From contig JBIOXB010000148.1 of NCBI GenBank assembly GCA_044869275.1, positions 1-34,270 of the forward strand: 34,270 bases of DNA, written 5' to 3'. The notes beneath the pieces were generated by a model. The model was not told where the DNA came from. It ran no database searches and worked only from the letters and a program-made list of their open reading frames with translations. The stretch is from a bacterium. GTDB lineage: Bacteria; Zhuqueibacterota; Zhuqueibacteria; Zhuqueibacterales; Zhuqueibacteraceae. This document shows, one piece after another, positions 28,064 to 34,270 of this stretch. The translations under genes and the position numbers were made by a program. Each line of letters opens with the position of its first letter. Position 1 is the first letter of the stretch.

Positions 28064-28762
28064 ATGAAAAAAATTCTGATCGTCGAAGACGATGAGGCCA
28101 TCCTTTTGGGCCTGGAAGGCGCACTGCAAGATGAGGGATACGAAACGCACATCGCGCACACGGGCACCGAGGGCCTGCGTCTCGCCAAAGAGTGCCAGTC
28201 GGATTTGCTCATTCTCGATTTGATGCTGCCGGGAATGAGCGGTCTGGAAATCTGCAAACGCCTGCGCGACGAAGGCGTCACGACGCCCATGCTCATGCTC
28301 ACTTCCAAGTCCGAAGAAAATGACAAAGTGCTCGGCTTGGAGCTGGGCGCGGATGATTATATGACCAAGCCGTTCAGCCTGCGCGAATTGCTGGCGCGGG
28401 TGCGGGCGCATCTGCGCCGCGAAGACGCTGTTATCGCGGCGGCAGATGCCGCTCCGGAAAAATATTGCTTCGGCGAGGTGGTGGTGGATTTCAAGCGGCA
28501 CGAAGTTCATAAGTCCGGCATGCTGCAGGAACTGACCAACCGCGAATTTCGGTTACTGGAATATTTCATTCAACATCCGGGCGAGCTGATCACCCGCGAT
28601 CGTCTGTTGGATTGCATTTGGGGTTACGATGTTTATCCCACGACGCGCACGGTGGACAATCATATCTTGCGGCTGCGCAAACATATCGAGCCTGATCCGG
28701 AAATTCCGCGCTATATCAAGACGGTGCGTGGGGCCGGGTATTTGTTCGAAACGGCGGAATGA
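28064..28762 (+). CDS. OmpR/PhoB-family response regulator
   Basis: IVEDD, LILDLMLP, MLTSK and GADDYMTKPF; winged-helix motifs RTVDNHILRLRKHIE and TVRGAGY. Confidence 0.96.
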   Translation: MKKILIVEDDEAILLGLEGALQDEGYETHIAHTGTEGLRLAKECQSDLLILDLMLPGMSGLEICKRLRDEGVTTPMLMLTSKSEENDKVLGLELGADDYMTKPFSLRELLARVRAHLRREDAVIAAADAAPEKYCFGEVVVDFKRHEVHKSGMLQELTNREFRLLEYFIQHPGELITRDRLLDCIWGYDVYPTTRTVDNHILRLRKHIEPDPEIPRYIKTVRGAGYLFETAE

Positions 28763-29907
28763 GTCAAAAACTGCCCGAAAGGTTTTTTTGCAAAAACGAT
28801 AGCGCCATGAATGATCAACTGACAACGCGCCACGAACCACGTGCCACCAATCACAGCGCCGCCTCGCTTGGCGTCCGCATGCACGGCGTCACATTGACGC
28901 TGGAGTCGAATCACGCACCGTTGATCGCATACGCCGCCGAACATCTCAACGGCTTGGCCGGCACACCGGTGAAATCGCCGAATCTCGTGGTGAGATGCAC
29001 GTGGTCGCAAGGCGAATGGGAGGCGCAAGCAAATCCGTTCCCGGCCGGCGGGGCTTTGAATGTGATCGGCAAGCGCATGCTGGGCAACGACCACGAGCTG
29101 ATTTGGCTGAACACACTGCGCCTGCCCGGGCTGCAGCTGCGTTTCAGTCGTGCCGGCGACACGCTGCTCTTCGAGGTGGCGTATCGGTATCATTCACAGA
29201 AAATCGATACGACGCCGGAATATGAATATACCAAATATTTTAGCTTGATGAGCTATTTGGTTTATTTCCCGCTGATATGGTACTTGGAAAATTTTCGCGG
29301 CTGGACGATTTTGCACGCTTCGGCATTGGCGAGTGCGAATGGCGGTATCATCATTGGCGGCCTCGGCGGCGTTGGCAAAACCACCACCTGCGTGGCGCTG
29401 TTGCAGCGCCCCGGCGTCACGCTGGTTTCTGAAAATCTGATTTTCACCGACGGTAATTTCATTTATCCGTGCAACGAGCCGATCCGGCTCGACGCCGGCA
29501 GTCTGGCCATGCTCGGAGAAAATCCGCAAGGCCTGATCCCGATGGCGTTTCCGGAAGGATTGAAGAAAAAATGGTTCTTTCATCTGCGCACGAATGAGCA
29601 GTCGCAAAAAGTCAAACCTGCTGCGCTATTTTTACCGCAATTTACGGCGAGGCGGTTTGTGACGCCGCTCACCTCCGAGCTGGCCGCGGAAAAAATGGTG
29701 GCGATCAATCGCTTGACGCGCGAGCTGGATGATTACAGCTGGTATGCGGCGGCGCTGGAGATGCACTGGCCCAATATCGGCCAAGCCCGGAGTCGCCTGG
29801 AAGTATTGCGCCGATTCACCGAGAACGTGCGCTGCTATGAGCTGGGCATCGATCGTTCGGCCGGCGTGGAGGCGGTAGTGGAAGACATTTGGGGAAGCCT
29901 GCAATAA
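28759..29907 (+). CDS. HPr-kinase-related P-loop protein with degenerate acidic motif
   Basis: ATGA-coupled to the regulator. LHASA followed by Walker A GLGGVGKTT, and LVSEN where HPrK-like proteins normally carry a DD pair. Confidence 0.7.
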   Translation: MSQKLPERFFCKNDSAMNDQLTTRHEPRATNHSAASLGVRMHGVTLTLESNHAPLIAYAAEHLNGLAGTPVKSPNLVVRCTWSQGEWEAQANPFPAGGALNVIGKRMLGNDHELIWLNTLRLPGLQLRFSRAGDTLLFEVAYRYHSQKIDTTPEYEYTKYFSLMSYLVYFPLIWYLENFRGWTILHASALASANGGIIIGGLGGVGKTTTCVALLQRPGVTLVSENLIFTDGNFIYPCNEPIRLDAGSLAMLGENPQGLIPMAFPEGLKKKWFFHLRTNEQSQKVKPAALFLPQFTARRFVTPLTSELAAEKMVAINRLTRELDDYSWYAAALEMHWPNIGQARSRLEVLRRFTENVRCYELGIDRSAGVEAVVEDIWGSLQ

Positions 29908-29971
29908 TCCTGCAACGTCATTCCCGGTTAAAAATTCCATGATCGTTTTGCCTGCTCAAAAAAAACCCTGA

Positions 29972-31396
29972 ATGGTTACAAAAATTCAACCAAGAACAAG
30001 TTCGCCTATGCACTTTCCTCTCGAACAGACGCCCCAGAATGGCGGCTTACCGCTCAAATTCTTTTTGACGCCGGAGTTGATGCCCGACGCAGAGACGGTG
30101 GCGCAATTGGAGAATTTGGCCAACGCGACCGGGCTGGCGTATCACGTTGCCGTCCTTCCTGACGTTCATCGCAAAAGTCGCAACCTCAGCCCGACCGGTA
30201 CGGTGGTCGCGGCGAAGAACCGTATCGTGCCGCGCGCGGTCGATACCGGCATCAATTGCGGCATGCGCATGGTGCGCACCGATATTGACGTGCGCGACTT
30301 GGGCGTGCCGGTACTCGACGAAATCTTTGACGAGCTACGGCGCACCATTCCGGTATTGGAGCACGAGCACGATGCTCTCAGCGCAGAAGAGGTCGCAGGC
30401 ATTCTCGTGCAAGGCGGCCAATGGAGCCAGAAACGCTTCGGCCTCAGCGAGGAGGAATTGAGTTGCATCGAGAATCGCGCCACGATGCCGGTGGACACGA
30501 CGGAGGCCGCGGCAATTATGGCGAGCATGCCGGAGCAGGCGATCAAAAAAGGCTTGCGCAGCTTTTGTACTATCGGCGCTGGCAATCATTTTCTCGAGCT
30601 GCAGGAAATCATCGAGGTGCTGGATCGCGACGTGGCCAGGCTCCTGGGGCTTTCCGAAGGCAAGGCGGTTTTCATGCTGCACACCGGCTCGCGCACACTG
30701 GGCAGCCGGATGATGAAACTCTATTTGGCGGAATTGGAGGAAAAATTCCGCCCCGCTCAGCATGGCACGCCGATTTGGTCGATGCCGGCGGACTCTGAGG
30801 AAGGCGTCAAATATGCGCGCGCGGTGTCGGCGGCATCGAATTTCGGTTTTGCGAATCGCATTGCGCTCACCGAGAAGCTGCGCGCCGCCATGCGCAAAGC
30901 GCTGTGCGACGATGCGTTGCAGATGCCGCTGCTCTATGATTGCGCTCACGTTAGCATCAAATTGGAAGAATGGCATGGCGGCGAAAAGCTGTGGGTGCAT
31001 CGCCATGGCGCCAGCAGCGCCTTGCCGCCTTCGCGCTGCGCGAGCCATCCGGTATTTTCCAAAACCGGCCAGCCCGTGCCGATTCCCGGCTCCATGGGCC
31101 ACCATTCTTTTATCGGTGTGGCCGAGGAGAACGCGGTCGAAACGTTCTGTTCGGTCAATCACGGTGCCGGCCGCGTCATGGACAAACCCGAGGCCTTGGC
31201 GCGCTTCACCGAGCAACAAATCCACAGCGAGATGGAGGCCAAAAACATCCGCCTGTATCGTTACGGCTCGGACAATATTGCCGAGCAGGCGCCCAGCTCG
31301 TTCAAAGATATTTCCCAAGTCATTCGCGCCATGTCGGCTTTGGCGCTGGCGCGGCCCGTGGTGCGGGTCCGTCCCGTCGCGGTGTTGAAGGGTTGA
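29972..31396 (+). CDS. rtcB: RtcB-family protein, divergent active site
   Basis: LPDVH, INCGMR, GAGNHFLE, HTGSR, YDCAH, VHRHGA, IPGSMG, NHGAGR, APSSFKD and terminal VLKG match the ordered RtcB motifs. RNA-ligase function is not assumed. Confidence 0.88.
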   Translation: MVTKIQPRTSSPMHFPLEQTPQNGGLPLKFFLTPELMPDAETVAQLENLANATGLAYHVAVLPDVHRKSRNLSPTGTVVAAKNRIVPRAVDTGINCGMRMVRTDIDVRDLGVPVLDEIFDELRRTIPVLEHEHDALSAEEVAGILVQGGQWSQKRFGLSEEELSCIENRATMPVDTTEAAAIMASMPEQAIKKGLRSFCTIGAGNHFLELQEIIEVLDRDVARLLGLSEGKAVFMLHTGSRTLGSRMMKLYLAELEEKFRPAQHGTPIWSMPADSEEGVKYARAVSAASNFGFANRIALTEKLRAAMRKALCDDALQMPLLYDCAHVSIKLEEWHGGEKLWVHRHGASSALPPSRCASHPVFSKTGQPVPIPGSMGHHSFIGVAEENAVETFCSVNHGAGRVMDKPEALARFTEQQIHSEMEAKNIRLYRYGSDNIAEQAPSSFKDISQVIRAMSALALARPVVRVRPVAVLKG

Positions 31397-31438
31397 ATCA
31401 TAAGAACAGCAAGTGACAGCAACTTTTGGAGAAACTCA

Positions 31439-33268
31439 ATGAGTGGAATTTGCGGCGTTTTGAGCTCATCACCTGAGGCGATCAGCGAGGCGGCGGTGTC
31501 TGCGATGCTGCAAAGCATGCAGCATCGCGGGCCGGACGGCGCCAACGTTTATGCGAATGGCGAAGCCGGCATAGCGCTCGGACAGAATCACCTGAACGCT
31601 TTTGCCGATACGGCAAAGCCCTCTGCCCCGGCGTTTGCACTTACCGACGATTTTGCTATTGCGCTCGACGGGTGCGTCACCAATCGCGCGGAAATATTCC
31701 AAAGCCCTCCGCCGCAACGGCGCAATGCGGAGGTCGAAGCGGTGCTGGCTGCATACCAAGCTCACGGTGCGGATTGCTTATCCAAGCTTGACGGCCCTTT
31801 CAGCCTCGCGCTCTGGGATAGGAAAAAGCGCCAGCTCCTGTTGTCGAGGGATAAGCTGGGCGAGAAGGCGATGTATTATTTTCTCGATCCGGCGCAAAAA
31901 ACCATCGTCTTCGCTTCGGAAATCAAGGCGATTCTGGCGCACCGCAGCGCTCGCGCCGAACTCGACCCAGATAGCTTGGCGATCTATTTTGCCTTCGGTT
32001 ATATCCCGGGCGCCAAAACCTTGTTCAAAGACATTTACAAATTGCTGCCGGGTGAAAGCCTGCAAATTGAGCCGGCGAGCCCACCACGAAGAAAAAAGTA
32101 TTGGCATCTGCCGCCCATCGTTGACGGCATAAAAGATGAGACCTATTGCATTCGCCAGCTCAAAGAGCTTTTCATGCGCGGTCTGGAAAGATACACCAAC
32201 GGCAGCCAGGATGTCGCCGTGTTTTTGAGCGGCGGCGTCGATTCAAGTATCATCGTTGCCGGTTTGCGGGAGCTGGGTGTGCCGCGAATTCATACTTTCA
32301 CGATTGGCTTCAGCATTGACCCCGCCAACGCGCAAATTCATGAAGACCTCACCTACGCGCGCTTGGTGGCGGAAAAATTTTCGACCCGGCATCACGAGGT
32401 GATGATCGAGCCCGGCCACAACCCGCAAGCGCGGCTGCTGCGCGTCATCAAACAATTTGACGATTTGATCATGACGCCGAACAGCTACAGCAAGTATTTG
32501 CTGGCCGAAGCGGTGCGGGAAGCCGGCCTCAATTCCGTGTTGACCGGCTCGGCGGCGGCCGGCGCTTGCGGGGTGCATCGCAAATTTTTGGATCCGGAAC
32601 AGCGCGCCGAATTGGAACAGAAAACCCGCGAATGCAAGACCGACGAAGAGCGCTACTACAAGCTGCGCAGCCGCCTTTTTAAAATCGAGGAGCAAAACGA
32701 GTTTTTGCTCGAGCCGCCGCGCGTCGGCAAACCGGAGGTTTTGGAGGTATTACATGATTACATCGGCGACATCAAAAGCGGCGATTTTTTCAGGCTGTTT
32801 CTCTTTTCCAATTTGATGATTACTTCGACGGAAAAAACGCTGCGGGTTTTGGACAAAGCCGGCATACTCGCCTCCGTGGAGCTGCGCTCGCCCTATCTCG
32901 ATCGCGCGCTGGTGGAATTTTCCACTCAGTTGCCCTCTTCTTTCGATGGCGGCAAAACTTACGTCAGCCTCAAGACCCATTTGAAGAAAGCGTTCGAGCA
33001 AATTTTGCCGCGGCCGGTTTTGGAGCGGGCGGTGATCGGTTATCCGAGCTACTACTGGCACAACGGCGAGCTGGCAGAATATCAAAAACGGCTGTTCACT
33101 CGGGAGGCGATCGCGCGGAATGGCATTTTCAATTTTGCCGGCGTCACGCGCATACTGGAGAAGGGGAAGAATAACCAGGCGAAATCCGGCGGCAAGCATA
33201 GCTGGGCGTTGACACAGTTCGGCCTGTGGTATGAGATGTATATCAACCAGAACCCGGAGTTCACTTAG
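31439..33268 (+). CDS. Asparagine synthetase B-like protein with inactive-looking glutaminase domain
   Basis: GGAG RBS; MSGICG start, HRGPDG, RDKLGEK, FASEIKAI, PP-loop FLSGGVDSS and ELRSPYLD. Confidence 0.88.
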   Translation: MSGICGVLSSSPEAISEAAVSAMLQSMQHRGPDGANVYANGEAGIALGQNHLNAFADTAKPSAPAFALTDDFAIALDGCVTNRAEIFQSPPPQRRNAEVEAVLAAYQAHGADCLSKLDGPFSLALWDRKKRQLLLSRDKLGEKAMYYFLDPAQKTIVFASEIKAILAHRSARAELDPDSLAIYFAFGYIPGAKTLFKDIYKLLPGESLQIEPASPPRRKKYWHLPPIVDGIKDETYCIRQLKELFMRGLERYTNGSQDVAVFLSGGVDSSIIVAGLRELGVPRIHTFTIGFSIDPANAQIHEDLTYARLVAEKFSTRHHEVMIEPGHNPQARLLRVIKQFDDLIMTPNSYSKYLLAEAVREAGLNSVLTGSAAAGACGVHRKFLDPEQRAELEQKTRECKTDEERYYKLRSRLFKIEEQNEFLLEPPRVGKPEVLEVLHDYIGDIKSGDFFRLFLFSNLMITSTEKTLRVLDKAGILASVELRSPYLDRALVEFSTQLPSSFDGGKTYVSLKTHLKKAFEQILPRPVLERAVIGYPSYYWHNGELAEYQKRLFTREAIARNGIFNFAGVTRILEKGKNNQAKSGGKHSWALTQFGLWYEMYINQNPEFT

Positions 33269-33380
33269 AATTTACCTAATCGTGGCGTGATGATGACAAT
33301 GGCGCTTTTGGATTTTTGTATATTCTGTTGTCGCAGTTAACATGAACCTAATCCGCAATACTATTTTAAGGAGATGATCG

Positions 33381-33968
33381 ATGAAAGGACATACTGCTGT
33401 TATCGCGGCGCTGCTGGCTGCTTTCCTGTTGGCTACGGCAGCGCCCGGCTGGGCGCAAGCCAAGATGTGGATGACGCCGGCGGAGGTCATGGCGGCGCTC
33501 AAGCCCGGACAGTGGCTAAAAGTGGAGGGCACCCTCCAGAAAGACTTTTCAGTTTTGAGCACGCAACTGCAATTTATGACCGGCGATTTTCTCGATGATG
33601 ATTGGAGCCTGACCGGCATTGTGCGCAAGGTCGATCCGGAAAAGCAGGAAATGGAAGTACTGCAACTGCCGGTGAAAATTCAGAAAGACACCGAGTTTGA
33701 GGATGATGCCGGCACTTTCAAGAGTTTTGCCCAGGTGAAGAGCGGCATGTTTTTGGAGATTGAAGGAACCTATCTCAAGAACGGCACGTTTCTGGCGAAG
33801 GAGCTCGAGGATGAATCGCCAAAATTGGAAGAAGATTCCAGCTTGGCGAACACCATCGAAGCCGAAGGAAAGGTTGAAAAAATCGATGTTGACAAGAAGA
33901 CGCTGACGCTCATGGGAATTACGTTCCAGATCAGTGACAGAACCAAAAGCAGATCGGTGATCAAGTAA
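33381..33968 (+). CDS. Exported DUF5666-like beta-repeat protein
   Basis: AAGGAG RBS; signal peptide ending GWA|Q; units LKPGQWLKVEG, VKSGMFLEIEG..FLAKEL and EGKVEKID..LMGITFQISDRT. Confidence 0.72.
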   Translation: MKGHTAVIAALLAAFLLATAAPGWAQAKMWMTPAEVMAALKPGQWLKVEGTLQKDFSVLSTQLQFMTGDFLDDDWSLTGIVRKVDPEKQEMEVLQLPVKIQKDTEFEDDAGTFKSFAQVKSGMFLEIEGTYLKNGTFLAKELEDESPKLEEDSSLANTIEAEGKVEKIDVDKKTLTLMGITFQISDRTKSRSVIK

Positions 33969-33969
33969 T

Positions 33970-34270
33970 ATGGTAAGAGCAACGTGGCACAAAGCCAGCA
34001 CCTTGACGTTTCTTTTGGTATTGACCCTGCTTGCGACCAGTCAGGCCTGGGCCGCAAGCGGAGATAGCACCGCCGCGGTTCGTTCGAGTTTTCACTACAA
34101 AGCCTTCAGCGAAACGGAGATCAACGCCGCAGTGCAGAAACCGCTGACGCTGGAGGACTGTATTGGCGTCGCGCTCAGCAAGAATATCTCCTTGCGGATC
34201 GCGGAAGGCGACCTCGCGAAGACTGAAGCGACCCAGGCCGGCACTTACGGCGCCTATTTCCCGGTGTTTA
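33970..34270 (+). CDS. TolC-family outer-membrane efflux protein (5' part, runs off the window)
   Basis: Not in the ORF track. Manual translation from ATG 33970 is open to the end: MVRATWHKASTLTFLLVLTLLATSQAWA|ASG...PLTLEDCIGVALSKNISLRIAEGDLAKTEATQAGTYGAYFPVF. This fits the TolC N-terminal LTL..I..AL..N..L....P pattern. Confidence 0.78.
   Translation, partial: MVRATWHKASTLTFLLVLTLLATSQAWAASGDSTAAVRSSFHYKAFSETEINAAVQKPLTLEDCIGVALSKNISLRIAEGDLAKTEATQAGTYGAYFPVF

Noticed and set aside
28759..33380. Lasso peptide biosynthetic cluster
   Set aside because: AsnB-like and HPrK-like genes are present, but no RRE/PqqD, B2 protease or plausible precursor is visible. The tiny Cys-containing ORF near 33288-33340 lacks a lasso leader pattern and an RBS.

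Overview
Bacterial window, probably from a diderm: it encodes a TonB-dependent receptor, an outer-membrane lipoprotein and a TolC-like protein. Every credible gene is on the + strand. The left part (1-7962) holds cell-envelope genes: a secreted triple helix-hairpin-helix protein, a secreted metallophosphoesterase, a TonB-dependent receptor with a DUF4249-like lipoprotein, a beta-barrel OMP and a PAP2 phosphatase. It also has REP-like palindromes and a diverged 150-bp duplicate of the lipoprotein 3' end that brackets two genes. After a ~770-bp non-coding gap comes a co-directional cluster of at least 25 kb (8737 to the window end). It contains two COG4671-type glycosyltransferases, two DUF5666-like proteins, five APH/choline-kinase-fold proteins (one fused to an RsbW-like HATPase domain), two tandem ABC exporters, two GT4 glycosyltransferases, a sensor kinase with an OmpR-type regulator, an HPrK-like P-loop protein, a divergent RtcB homologue, an AsnB-like protein and a partial TolC-like gene. 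The main observation is that catalytic residues are altered in many unrelated enzyme families in this cluster while the ORFs stay intact. This affects four of five kinases, the HATPase domain, and the HPrK-like, RtcB-like and AsnB-like proteins, and suggests an undescribed pseudoenzyme-rich biosynthesis/export system. All family calls come from reading motifs by eye; no database search was run.
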